Of a stretch of 64,000 nt of DNA, positions 46,113 through 55,427 are shown piece after piece. The first letter of the stretch is position 1, and every line of letters starts with the position of its first letter. This DNA comes from Thermoanaerobaculia bacterium (lineage in GTDB: Bacteria; Acidobacteriota; Thermoanaerobaculia; UBA5066). The position numbers were made by a program, and so were the translations under genes. The stretch covers positions 2,720,001 to 2,784,000 of the forward strand of contig CAVRAY010000001.1 in assembly GCA_963719225.1 (NCBI GenBank), in the 5' to 3' direction. Under the pieces are notes generated by a model. That model had not been told where the DNA came from, made no database searches, and was given only the letters and a program-made list of their open reading frames with translations.

Positions 46113-47221
46113 GGGATCAGGGCGACCTTCATCGCGGCTCTCCTCTCGACGAGGTCGAATGCCTCGCGCCACTCGGCGAGCCCCCGCCTCTCTTCGACGA
46201 GCGAGCCCACGGGGATCGCGCCTTCGCAGAGGAGGGCGAGGGCCGTGTCGACGTCGCGCGGCGTGTAGTGGAAAGCGCCTGTGATCGACACCTCGCGATA
46301 GTGCACCGCGTACGCGTCCACGCTCACGCGCGCCCCCTCCTGCATCCCGGCGAAGAGCACCACCGTGCCTCCATTCTCCGCGAGCGGGGGGAGCGCCGAG
46401 ATCACCTCGGGATCGCCGGTCGTGTCGAGGATCAATGAAAATCTTGCTCCCGAGCCGCGCGTGCCTTCGATGCGCAACGGCATCGGAGGATTTTCTTTGA
46501 AGGTGAATATGGGTGGCGGAGTGCCGGCGCCCGGGTCGCGCGACGAGCCCGCGATGCGCGCCACCTCCGCATTCATCCTTTCGAAGAAAGCGAGTCTCTC
46601 CGGTTTCCTTCCGGCGACGACGACCCGGCGCCCCGCGCCGCTGGTCCTCTCTCTTCCTTCTCCTCTTTCTTTCCCCCTCAAAAGAAAAAACATCATCGCG
46701 GCGATCGGGCCGGTCCCCACGACGAGAACGTCCCCGCCGTCTGCGGCGTTGGTTCTGCTCAGCGCGTGGACGACACTGGCCAGAGGATCCAGCAGCGCGG
46801 CCGCCTCGTCGGAGAGGTCCGGCGGGATTCTCCTGAGGCCGCTCGTCACGATGCGCTCCGGGACGAGCAGAAAATCCGCGAAGGCGCCGAAGAGAGGCCT
46901 CTCGAATGCGGTCGCGCAGAGATTCTCCCGGCCCCCGCGGCAGTCGTCGCAGCTCCCGCAGGGACCCGACACGGCCGAGGTGACGCGCTCGCCGGGCGAA
47001 AAGGGCGTTCCCGGGCCCGTCTCCTCGACGACGCCCGCGAACTCGTGCCCGAGGGTGAGCGGAAACGGAAACTTCGGATGCCCGCGCTTCGCGAGCTTGA
47101 AGTCGGTCGCGCACGTGAGCGCGACGCGAATGCGCACGAGGGCCTCGCCCGCCGCCGGACGGGGCGTCGCGACCTCGCGGAGCGCGAGCCGCTCCGGCCC
47201 CTCCGAGACGAGAGCCCGCAT
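46109..47221 (-). CDS. Zinc-dependent alcohol/polyol dehydrogenase (MDR) with low-complexity insertions
   Basis: ATG 47221; TCATDFK, GHEFAG, CGSCDDC..GRENLC, GTGPI. Confidence 0.88.
   Translation of the reverse strand: MRALVSEGPERLALREVATPRPAAGEALVRIRVALTCATDFKLAKRGHPKFPFPLTLGHEFAGVVEETGPGTPFSPGERVTSAVSGPCGSCDDCRGGRENLCATAFERPLFGAFADFLLVPERIVTSGLRRIPPDLSDEAAALLDPLASVVHALSRTNAADGGDVLVVGTGPIAAMMFFLLRGKERGEGRERTSGAGRRVVVAGRKPERLAFFERMNAEVARIAGSSRDPGAGTPPPIFTFKENPPMPLRIEGTRGSGARFSLILDTTGDPEVISALPPLAENGGTVVLFAGMQEGARVSVDAYAVHYREVSITGAFHYTPRDVDTALALLCEGAIPVGSLVEERRGLAEWREAFDLVERRAAMKVALIP
46489..46693. repeat. Dispersed motif cluster 6
   Basis: GATTTTCTTTGAAGGTGAATATGGG 46489-46513; inverted ATTCATCCTTTCGAAGAAAG 46571-46590; pyrimidine tract, then TTCCCCCTCAAAAGAAAAAACAT 46671-46693. 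Confidence 0.8.
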
Positions 47222-47295
47222 GGGCCAGAGCCTAGCAGGACGACTGATGCACCCGTGGCCTTGACGGCCCGAATCCGGCCCCTCACGCTCGGCCC

Positions 47296-48201
47296 GTGGC
47301 ACTCCGCCCCACTTTCTATGCAGGTGTTTCGATCGCCGCCGCGATCCTCACCGTCGGACTGAAGCTCTTCGCCTGGAAAGTCACGGGCTCCGTCGGTCTT
47401 CTCTCCGACGCCGCCGAGTCGGGCGTGAACCTCCTCGCGGCTCTCGTGGCGCTCTGGGCGCTCTGGCGCGCGGGCAAGCCGGCCGACGCGACCTACTCCT
47501 TCGGACAGACGAAGGCGGAGTACCTCTCGAGCGGCTTCGAGGGGCTGATGATCATCGCGGCGGCCGTCGCGATCGCGGTCGCTGCGGTCGAGCGCCTCAG
47601 GCACCTCCAGCCGATCGAGAACGTGGGGCTCGGGCTCGGGATCACGGTCGTCGCGTCCGCGATCAACGGGAGCACGGCCGTCCTTCTCCTGCGCGCGGGA
47701 AAGAGCCTGCGCTCCATCACGCTGAGGGCCGACGCCCACCACCTCTTCACGGACGTGTGGACCTCTCTCGGAGTCATCGTCGGCGTCTGCCTCGTGAAGG
47801 TGGCGGGCCTCCTCCTTCTCGATCCCCTCGTCGCGCTCCTCGTGGCCGCGAACATCGTCTGGACGGGCGTCCGGCTCCTCAAGGAGACCGAGCACGGCCT
47901 CCTCGACCGCGCGATCGGGGAGGACGAGCAGGCGGCGATCGCGGGGCTCCTCGAGCGCTTTCACGCGCGGGGCGTCGTCATCCACGGCCTGCGGACCCGC
48001 GCCGCCGGGCACCGCCGATTCGTCCAGATGCACGTCCTCGTGCCCGGCTCGTGGTCGGTCACGCAGGGCCACGATCTCTGCGAGGAGATCGAGCGCGGCG
48101 TCACCTCGGCGCTTCCCGGCAGCACGGTGACGACGCATCTCGAACCGCTCGAGGACCCGGCCTCGTGGGACGACCGCGGCCTCGACCGGCGGCTCAGCTA
48201 G
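47296..48201 (+). CDS. Cation diffusion facilitator transporter (FieF-like)
   Basis: TGSVGLLSDA.ES, KPAD..YSFG..KAEY, ADAHH..TD, LRTR.AG...F...H..VP, HLEP. Confidence 0.93.
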   Translation: MALRPTFYAGVSIAAAILTVGLKLFAWKVTGSVGLLSDAAESGVNLLAALVALWALWRAGKPADATYSFGQTKAEYLSSGFEGLMIIAAAVAIAVAAVERLRHLQPIENVGLGLGITVVASAINGSTAVLLLRAGKSLRSITLRADAHHLFTDVWTSLGVIVGVCLVKVAGLLLLDPLVALLVAANIVWTGVRLLKETEHGLLDRAIGEDEQAAIAGLLERFHARGVVIHGLRTRAAGHRRFVQMHVLVPGSWSVTQGHDLCEEIERGVTSALPGSTVTTHLEPLEDPASWDDRGLDRRLS

Positions 48202-48233
48202 GAGCCCGCCTGGGTGATCAGCGGGCTCCTAGC
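48197..48233. terminator. 13-bp-stem hairpin between convergent genes (terminator or REP/IS-like remnant)
   Basis: GCTAGGAGCCCGC-N11-GCGGGCTCCTAGC. Confidence 0.55.
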
Positions 48234-48244
48234 CGTGGGCACGT

Positions 48245-49150
48245 TCAGCGCGGAAGCGAGAGCGAGACGGTATTGTTCTGGTTACTGATGACGTACGCGA
48301 GTGGGTAGAGCCGTGTCGTTGACACGATCGTGGCGCGAGCAGCGGCAGCCTTCAGCGCTGCATTCCGCGCGCGAACATTGGCAAAGGACGTCGAGAAGAT
48401 GTCGTTGATCTGAGAGACCGTGCGCGCGGGCACCGTCACGTGGACGATGAGCGGAGACGCGCCGTCGGCGGAATACACGGATATCGTGACGTCCGCCGCG
48501 ACCGCGTCCGGGTTGATTAGCGAGAGGTTTACGCGCCGCTTCGAGTCCGTGTGGAGCCAGGGGAGGAGGATCGGCGCATCCGCGGGGAAGAAGTTCGAGC
48601 CGTTGTCGATGACGGGCCCTGCTCCTTGGTCGCAGCCGTCTGTATTGATTTCCGTCCCGTCCGGGTAAAAGATACCACCAACGTCATAGTCCCATCCGCC
48701 CGTCCATTCCGAGCAGCGAGCTCTGTCGCCCACCCCCCCATACTCTCCGCGTGGAATGCCCGTCAAAACCGCAGTTTGCACTGACAAGCCGTCCTCGACA
48801 TCCGCCACCGCGGCGCCGAAGGCACTGCGTGAGTCGCGTGTGTTGTCGTGAGCATGGACGCCGGCGTAGATGGCCCATCCGGAGATCGATTGCGTAGCCC
48901 CCGGCGGAATCGAGTACGAAGTCGCAGTCCACCCTGCGGTCCCGACCCAGTCGACGATCCGTAGTGTCTTCGGCGCCGACGAGAAGTTCGTCACACGCAC
49001 CTCGCTCGCCCAGACCGAGCCATTCGCTCCTTCCACGTGCGCGGCGAGTGCGGGCAGCAGTATTTCGGCTCCTTGACCACCTGTCGCCAGGCAGCCCAAC
49101 AGCGCCCCTAGGATTCGACAGACCACGCGAAGGAGCCGATTAGTACGCAT
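48245..49150 (-). CDS. Secreted hypothetical protein
   Basis: Signal peptide; LLPALAAHVEGANGSVWASEVRVTN; R.NL.LINP; overlaps the S8 protease stop; lower GC. Confidence 0.78.
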   Translation of the reverse strand: MRTNRLLRVVCRILGALLGCLATGGQGAEILLPALAAHVEGANGSVWASEVRVTNFSSAPKTLRIVDWVGTAGWTATSYSIPPGATQSISGWAIYAGVHAHDNTRDSRSAFGAAVADVEDGLSVQTAVLTGIPRGEYGGVGDRARCSEWTGGWDYDVGGIFYPDGTEINTDGCDQGAGPVIDNGSNFFPADAPILLPWLHTDSKRRVNLSLINPDAVAADVTISVYSADGASPLIVHVTVPARTVSQINDIFSTSFANVRARNAALKAAAARATIVSTTRLYPLAYVISNQNNTVSLSLPR

Positions 49151-51605
49151 TGTAGACGAACAGCGCCCAATCCTGGTTGGGATTACCGCTGTCCAACCCC
49201 GGCACCGCGACCTGATTCACGGAGCTGGCGACCATTTGAATTGTGAACGCACCCGAGAAGCTGTTCGGTGCGATGAGAGCGCGCTTGACGTTGTTATAGA
49301 AGTCGGGGAGCCAGCATGAGGAGCTTCGGTACGAGTATGGGGTGCCGTATTGACCATCGCAATAGACGGCGCCGCCCTGAAAAAGATACATGTCGATCTC
49401 GTTGACGGACGTGAAGCTTTGTCCCGCATTTGCAGCAGCGTCGGTGAAAACAAGCACCGCTATAACGGGTTTCGTTGGATCAGCAACAGTGAAGGAGAAG
49501 TTCTGGTAGGCGCCGGCTTGGGTGAATCGAAGGGACACGGAGTCCTTATAGACTTTTGGTGTGCCGTCCTGGAGAAGTTTCGCAAGGTCCAACCGACCCC
49601 AACCTTGCACTGTGGACGGTTCCCACCCCACTGTTGAATTCAATACATAGTTGTATCCGCCCTGCATGGACGAGGCCGTTCCGATAAGCGCCGCCTTGAT
49701 CATCGCTGGCGATGGCGTTCCGCCGATCTTCGCCTTGGCGAGGACCGCGGCACCCGTAACGAGAGCCGTCGAGAAGCTGGTGCCGTGACCTGCCCCATAG
49801 GGCCCGCCCTGCGACGGAAGCGCGGCCTGATAGGGCGTCAGCCCGGTGCTGGTCGCGCAGTCGCTGGCGCTCTGGTTCGGAGCGGTGGCGTCGGATGTGC
49901 GCGCTGACGTCACGCTTCGGCCTGGCGCCATGATGTCAGGCTTGAACCGGTTGAGGTCGTAAGCGAGGCCCATCCTGCTATTGGACGGGATGTCCGAGAT
50001 TACAATCCCGGTGTTGCACGCGCCCGGTAAGCCACTTCTAGGCAAGCCCGTCGCGCCCACGGTAATGACGTTCTTTGCGGTGCCTGGGCCGTGGACACTG
50101 TAGTCGCTCGTGGTCCCGTTGCCCGCCGAGACTGCAATCGTAAGTGCGTTCAGGTAGCTTGAGAAATTCCCGGACGCGTCCCGCACGAGGCGGTCCATCT
50201 CCCTGGACGTGAGCGAATAGGTCGTGTCATACAAAAAGTTCCAGCTGTTGTTCTGGAAGTGGGCACCATACGTGATGGTCCGTTGCCCGATCGAATCGAG
50301 GATACCGGGAATCGATTCCCCTGGGGGCGTCGATCCGCTGTTCGTCAGAATACGGGAGACCCCGAACTTCACGCCCGGCGCGACTCCCATGCCCCAGTAG
50401 TACCCGCTCGAGTCCGCTCCCCCAGTTCCGCCCGTCTGCGTCGAATCCCCCGCGATGAGTCCAGCTATGAAGGTGCCATGATAAAAGCTGTCATTCGTCG
50501 TCGTGAGGCCGTTATAGGCGCAGGCGTATGCCAGACGATTCCTGAGCGTTCGGTTAGGATCATTAGGATCATCAAAATTGAGATCCTGATGCCCACCCGG
50601 AATGGAAGCTCCCGTCAGGCAGCCACTCTGGTCGCCTAAGGAATTCTGGAGACCAGAGTCCACGATATCCACGATCTCGTTCGAAAAGGAGAGGCCCAGG
50701 TTCGTGAGCCAAGACTTGTACTGACCGGGGCTCGTCGCGTCCCACGTGGAATGATGTCCGACGCCTACCTGGCTCGCTCGCTCGTCCGAAGCTTGAGCCT
50801 GATAGATCGGTTCGATCCAGCGCGTGGTGGAAAGCGAAGCGAGCTTCTTCCAGTCGGCGGGGGCCGCAGAGAGAGCGATGAGCATCTCATCCATTTCCTT
50901 AGGGTACATCTTGAGCTCAGGGTCGGTGGACTGGAGTGCGGCAATCGTGCTCTTGAGATCCTGAGCGGAGTCGAGCAAGACCGAGACTGGCTGCCGAGCC
51001 GTGCCCGCAAGGACGGTCGCGTCTCGAAGAGCCGGCGCGAGCTTGAAGAATGGTTGCAGCACCCCCGCGAAGCGAACCTCGGGGCCAAGCGCGCCGCGGA
51101 GCTTCTCGATGCCGGCTGGCGCCGCGACGATATAGCTGTTCCGATAGACGTATTGGATGACTCGCACACCTGCGCCCTTGAGTGCGTTCAGCCATTCGGG
51201 CCGTGCGGGGCTATGGAACTGAAGGGCGTAGAGGCCCGTCGAACCGCTGTAATCGGTCAAAGCAAGATCGCTGGGGAGAGACTGAAGGACCTTGCCGGGA
51301 TCACGGGTGTCAAGGACGACGCCGCCGAGGTCGAGCACGAAGGCGTCCGGGTCGATGGACGCAGTCAAACCTGTTTCGGAATTGATCGACGCCAGATTCA
51401 CACTATCAGGAGCGGACGCGATCAGGAAGGGTCCATAGTCCTCGAGCACCCGGACGCTACGCGCCGAAAGCGCGTTGAACTGGCTTGAGGTCAAATTCGA
51501 GTACGTCGTGGCCGGCGGTTTTCGGATGTGGAGAATCTGTTCGCCGGCGGCAGATTGTGTGAGTCCAAGAATAGCTATGAAAAAGGCAAACGTGGATCTA
51601 TTCAT
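49140..51605 (-). CDS. Secreted subtilisin-family (S8) serine protease
   Basis: GGAGG RBS and ATG 51605, signal MNRSTFAFFIAILGLTQSAAG; triad VDSG / HGT.IAG / GTSFS; AKNVITVGA, KPDIMAPG, QGWGR. Confidence 0.92.
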   Translation of the reverse strand: MNRSTFAFFIAILGLTQSAAGEQILHIRKPPATTYSNLTSSQFNALSARSVRVLEDYGPFLIASAPDSVNLASINSETGLTASIDPDAFVLDLGGVVLDTRDPGKVLQSLPSDLALTDYSGSTGLYALQFHSPARPEWLNALKGAGVRVIQYVYRNSYIVAAPAGIEKLRGALGPEVRFAGVLQPFFKLAPALRDATVLAGTARQPVSVLLDSAQDLKSTIAALQSTDPELKMYPKEMDEMLIALSAAPADWKKLASLSTTRWIEPIYQAQASDERASQVGVGHHSTWDATSPGQYKSWLTNLGLSFSNEIVDIVDSGLQNSLGDQSGCLTGASIPGGHQDLNFDDPNDPNRTLRNRLAYACAYNGLTTTNDSFYHGTFIAGLIAGDSTQTGGTGGADSSGYYWGMGVAPGVKFGVSRILTNSGSTPPGESIPGILDSIGQRTITYGAHFQNNSWNFLYDTTYSLTSREMDRLVRDASGNFSSYLNALTIAVSAGNGTTSDYSVHGPGTAKNVITVGATGLPRSGLPGACNTGIVISDIPSNSRMGLAYDLNRFKPDIMAPGRSVTSARTSDATAPNQSASDCATSTGLTPYQAALPSQGGPYGAGHGTSFSTALVTGAAVLAKAKIGGTPSPAMIKAALIGTASSMQGGYNYVLNSTVGWEPSTVQGWGRLDLAKLLQDGTPKVYKDSVSLRFTQAGAYQNFSFTVADPTKPVIAVLVFTDAAANAGQSFTSVNEIDMYLFQGGAVYCDGQYGTPYSYRSSSCWLPDFYNNVKRALIAPNSFSGAFTIQMVASSVNQVAVPGLDSGNPNQDWALFVYNAY

Positions 51606-51843
51606 AAGAACCTCCAGGGTTTCACCGGTCCAACGCAGGTCACTAAGATGAAAAAGGTTACGAACATAAAACACATCAGCTCGGATGCCTGAAGCTGCTC
51701 GGCAGCTTGTGCATCCCTTCACGAGTGACGTCGAGCCTGCGTTTCCTTCGTGATGCACCGGTACTACCCCGAAAGGGGTATGCCTCGAGCCAAAACGCCG
51801 CCTGCGATGCGGAGGCCCCCGTAGGTCCACAGCGCGACGACGG

Positions 51844-51903
51844 CTACTACTGTCGGAAAATTACGAACTCAACTCACTATTACTGTCGGAGAATTGCGAA
51901 CTC
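51844..51903 (+). repeat. Imperfect 27-bp direct repeat (33-bp period) at the island edge
   Basis: CTACTACTGTCGGAAAATTACGAACTC / CTATTACTGTCGGAGAATTGCGAACTC, 24 of 27 identical. Confidence 0.8.
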
Positions 51904-51990
51904 CAGGCTGGCGACTCGAGGCTTCAGCTTAAGCCTCCCCCAGCCAGCCCATCCGCTCAAGACTCGACAAGCCGGAGATCAGGTCGAAGG

Positions 51991-53916
51991 CTACGCCGAC
52001 CGCGTCGCGATCGGCACGACCTCGCCTTTCGCGCCGAAATGCCCGCGGAACGAGGCGAGGAGACCCTCCTCGTCCAGACCGAGCTCCTGGCGCTGCTCCG
52101 CCTGGGTCGCGTGCGCGACGAATCTGTCGGGAATGCCGAGCCTCTTCACGTCTGCCACGACGCCGATCTCCTCGAGGGCCTCGACCACGGCCGAGCCGAA
52201 CCCGCCCGCGAGCTGGTTCTCCTCGACCGTCAGGACCTTCGTCCTGCTCTTCACGAATTGCGCGAGGAGCTCGAGGTCGAGAGGCTTCACCCACCGGGCG
52301 TTCACGACGGTGAGCGAGGGCCCGCCTTTTTCCGCGAGGCGCTCGGCGGCCTTCCACGCGGGCACGACGGGATCGCCGATCGCGAAGACGACGCCGTCCT
52401 TTCCGACGCGCAGGACCTCGCCTTTTCCCACGGGGAGGATCCTGAGCTCGGGATCCATCGCGACGCCGTAGCCCGCCCCGCGGGGATATCGAATCGCCGT
52501 CGGATGAGACGAGGCGAGCGCCGTCGCGAGGAGATGCCGCAACTCGTTCTCGTCCTTCGGCGCGCAGACCTGCACGTTCGGGAAGACGCGTAGGTACGTC
52601 AGATCGAAGACGCCGTGGTGCGTCGGACCGTCCGCGCCGACGACTCCGGCCCGGTCGAGCGCGAAAACCACCGGCAGGTCCATGAGGCAGACGTCGTGCA
52701 TGATCTGGTCGTAGGCGCGCTGAAGGAACGTGGAGTAGATCGCGCACACGGGCCGGAAACCCTGCGTCGCGAGGCCCGCCGCGAAGAGCACGGCGTGCTG
52801 CTCGCAGATTCCCACGTCGAAGGCGCGGACGGGAAACCTCTTCGCGAAGCGGTCGATGCCCGTGCCCTCCGCCATCGCCGCCGTGACGCCGACGACGCGC
52901 GGGTCCTTTTCGGCGAGTTCCGAGAGAGCGTCCGCGAAGACGGCGGTATAGCTCGGCGACGCGGCCTTCTTCGAGATCTCGCCCGTGTCGACCTGAAACG
53001 GCGCCGGGCCATGCCAGTAGACCGGGTCCTTCTCGGCGAGCTGGTAGCCCTTGCCCTTCACGGTGCGCACGTGGAGGAGGACGGGCCCTTCGATCTGCTT
53101 CGTCTCCTTTAGCGTGCGCACCAGGACCGGAAGGTTGTGGCCGTCGATCGGGCCCACGTACCGGAAGCCCAGCTCCTCGAAGAGCGTGCCGGGCACGAGG
53201 GCCTTCTTGAAGCCGTCCTCCAGTGCCTCCGCGAGACCCGCGAGCTTCTGGCCGGCCGGGAGCTTCTTCAGGATGTGCGCGACGTCCTCGCGCACGCGCT
53301 GGTAGATCTGCCCGCGCGCGATCCGGAGGAGGTAGCCCGACATGGCGCCGACGTTCGGCGAGATCGACATGTCGTTGTCGTTCAGGATCACGAGGAGCCG
53401 GCTCTTGAGATAACCGGCCTGGTTGAGGCCCTCCATCGCGACGCCGCCGGTGAGGCCGCCGTCGCCCACGATCGCGACGACTTCCCTTTTCTCGCCGCGG
53501 AGGTCCCGCGCGATCGCCATCCCGAGAGCCGCCGAGATCGCCGTCGACGCGTGCGCGGCGCCGAACACGTCGTACTCGGATTCGGAGCGGTTCGTGAAGC
53601 CCGAGAGGCCGCCGGCCTGGCGGATCGTCTTGAGGCGGTCGCGCCGGCCCGTGAGCACCTTGTGCGGATACGTCTGGTGGCCGACGTCCCACACGAGGAG
53701 GTCGTTCGGCGTGTCGAAGACGTAGTGGAGCGCGACCGTCAGCTCGACCGCGCCGAGGCCGGACGCGAAGTGTCCGCCCGTCTTGGCGACGGTGTCGATG
53801 ACGAACGTGCGGAGCTCCTCCGCGAGCTGCGGCAGCTGGTCGGGCGTCAGCATGCGCAGGTCGCGCGGCCAAGTGACCTTGTCGAGGAGAGGGGTCGGAC
53901 GATGAAAGGGGCTCAT
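51991..53916 (-). CDS. dxs: 1-deoxy-D-xylulose-5-phosphate synthase
   Basis: GGH.ASGLG.VEL, WDVGHQ.YPHK, GDGGLTGG, NDN.MSI, GICEQHA, GADGPTHHG, IRYPRG. Confidence 0.98.
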   Translation of the reverse strand: MSPFHRPTPLLDKVTWPRDLRMLTPDQLPQLAEELRTFVIDTVAKTGGHFASGLGAVELTVALHYVFDTPNDLLVWDVGHQTYPHKVLTGRRDRLKTIRQAGGLSGFTNRSESEYDVFGAAHASTAISAALGMAIARDLRGEKREVVAIVGDGGLTGGVAMEGLNQAGYLKSRLLVILNDNDMSISPNVGAMSGYLLRIARGQIYQRVREDVAHILKKLPAGQKLAGLAEALEDGFKKALVPGTLFEELGFRYVGPIDGHNLPVLVRTLKETKQIEGPVLLHVRTVKGKGYQLAEKDPVYWHGPAPFQVDTGEISKKAASPSYTAVFADALSELAEKDPRVVGVTAAMAEGTGIDRFAKRFPVRAFDVGICEQHAVLFAAGLATQGFRPVCAIYSTFLQRAYDQIMHDVCLMDLPVVFALDRAGVVGADGPTHHGVFDLTYLRVFPNVQVCAPKDENELRHLLATALASSHPTAIRYPRGAGYGVAMDPELRILPVGKGEVLRVGKDGVVFAIGDPVVPAWKAAERLAEKGGPSLTVVNARWVKPLDLELLAQFVKSRTKVLTVEENQLAGGFGSAVVEALEEIGVVADVKRLGIPDRFVAHATQAEQRQELGLDEEGLLASFRGHFGAKGEVVPIATRSA

Positions 53917-53950
53917 GCGTGGCACTCCAGGTCGGATATTCTGCCATTGC

Positions 53951-55426
53951 GTGCACGATTCCCTTGTCTCCGCGTTCGAATCTGCGCGCGGGCATCGGAC
54001 GTCGCGGATCCGAAGAGTGGCCTGGCTCGTTCTCGCCATCACGATTGTCCTCAAGACCGCTCTCCTCGTCACGCTGGAGCGGCGGCACCCCGAAGCTTTC
54101 CGGTGGGTCGACAGCGAGACCTATCTCGAGCCCGCCCGCGCGCTCGCGCGCTTCGGGACATACGCCGCTGGCCCGGACCGGCTCGCGACACCGGAGGTTG
54201 TCCGGACACCGGGATACCCGTTGATCGCGGCGATGCTCTTCCGAGTGTTCGCAGAGAAGGTCATCCTGCTTTCGCTCTTCGGTCTTGCCGTCTCGACGGG
54301 TTCCATCGTCGTCATCCTGACGCGATTTCAAGCCGCTCTCGGCGACCGCGCCTCGGCTCTCGCGGCAATCCTCCTCGCGCTGGACCCCGGCTCGTTCTGC
54401 AGGTCGCTCGAGGTCTTGTCCGAGACGACCTTCGCTTTCCTTCTCGTCGTGGGACTCTCATTCGTCGCGAAGCCGGATCGTCGAGCAGGTCTCTCCGTGG
54501 CGGCGGCGGGAAGTGCGGGCCTGTGCTTTTCGCTCGCGACGCTCGTCCGGCCGATCCTCGCGTGGTTTCTTCCGATCGCCGTGCTGCTCTTTTTCTGGAC
54601 CGAACGCCCCCGAAGACGGCAGTGGCCGGTCGTCGCGACGTTCGCCTTCCTCGCGCTCGCCCCGCCATTCCTCTGGATGGTGCGTAACGCGCGCCTGGGC
54701 GGTCGGCTCGTCCTCGCGCCCGTCGTGGGCCACCAGCTCCTGCATCGCCGGGCCGCGGCCGTGCTCGCCCTGACCGAGAAGCGGCGTCTCTCAGCCGTCC
54801 AGGAAGAGCTCGGGATGCGCGAGGCTTTTTTTCGCTTTCGCGGCCCATCCGCCGAGCGCGAGCTCTTTGGCGCGGCCGGCTACCGGGCGACTCATCCCCG
54901 GACGAGAGACCTTTCGATCTGGGAGCTCGACCGCCTCTGGTCCGCCCAGGCCACGGACATCTTTCGCCGACATCCGCTCGCCACGTCGTGGGTGATGGCG
55001 CGGAGCTCGCTGCTGGTCGTCGCGATCCCGCCTTCGCTTCTCCTGTCGGACCGGTACGGCCTCGTCGACCCTTCAGATGCGCTCGGCAGCGCGTGGGAAG
55101 ATCAGGATTGGCTCGCCGTCCTTCGCATCGGAATTCGCGAGGAGCCCGCGCTCGCTCTCGTCTCTCTGTTCCTGTTTCTCGCCCTTGTGCTCCAGGCCCT
55201 CCTCGCGGGCCGCGGGGCATTCCTGCTGGCGGGGCGGAGGACGCTCTTCGGCCTCCTTTGCGTCACGGCCTGCGGCTACCTGATTCTCGCGTCGGCCAGC
55301 ACCGATGCGTCCGACGACCGCTATCGGGTCGCCGTCGCACCGCTCCTGGCCGCTCTCTGCGCGGTCGGTGTGTCCAGGCGAGAGGTGCAGGATATCCCCC
55401 CACACTCGCGCCAGATGAGCGGATGA
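53951..55426 (+). CDS. GT-C fold membrane glycosyltransferase-like protein (ArnT/PMT-like)
   Basis: DSETY...A..L...RTPGYP, LSET, ATLVRP, multiple TM helices, RYR; start uncertain because ATG 53915 collides with the dxs start. Confidence 0.75.
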   Translation: MHDSLVSAFESARGHRTSRIRRVAWLVLAITIVLKTALLVTLERRHPEAFRWVDSETYLEPARALARFGTYAAGPDRLATPEVVRTPGYPLIAAMLFRVFAEKVILLSLFGLAVSTGSIVVILTRFQAALGDRASALAAILLALDPGSFCRSLEVLSETTFAFLLVVGLSFVAKPDRRAGLSVAAAGSAGLCFSLATLVRPILAWFLPIAVLLFFWTERPRRRQWPVVATFAFLALAPPFLWMVRNARLGGRLVLAPVVGHQLLHRRAAAVLALTEKRRLSAVQEELGMREAFFRFRGPSAERELFGAAGYRATHPRTRDLSIWELDRLWSAQATDIFRRHPLATSWVMARSSLLVVAIPPSLLLSDRYGLVDPSDALGSAWEDQDWLAVLRIGIREEPALALVSLFLFLALVLQALLAGRGAFLLAGRRTLFGLLCVTACGYLILASASTDASDDRYRVAVAPLLAALCAVGVSRREVQDIPPHSRQMSG

Positions 55427-55427
55427 G

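Noticed and set aside
51606-51830. Upstream extension of the S8 protease ORF
   Set aside because: GGAGG RBS and signal peptide point to ATG 51605; the upstream DNA looks like a promoter region
51844-51903. Possible mini-CRISPR array
   Set aside because: Only two imperfect copies 6 bp apart, no spacer-length gap and no cas genes
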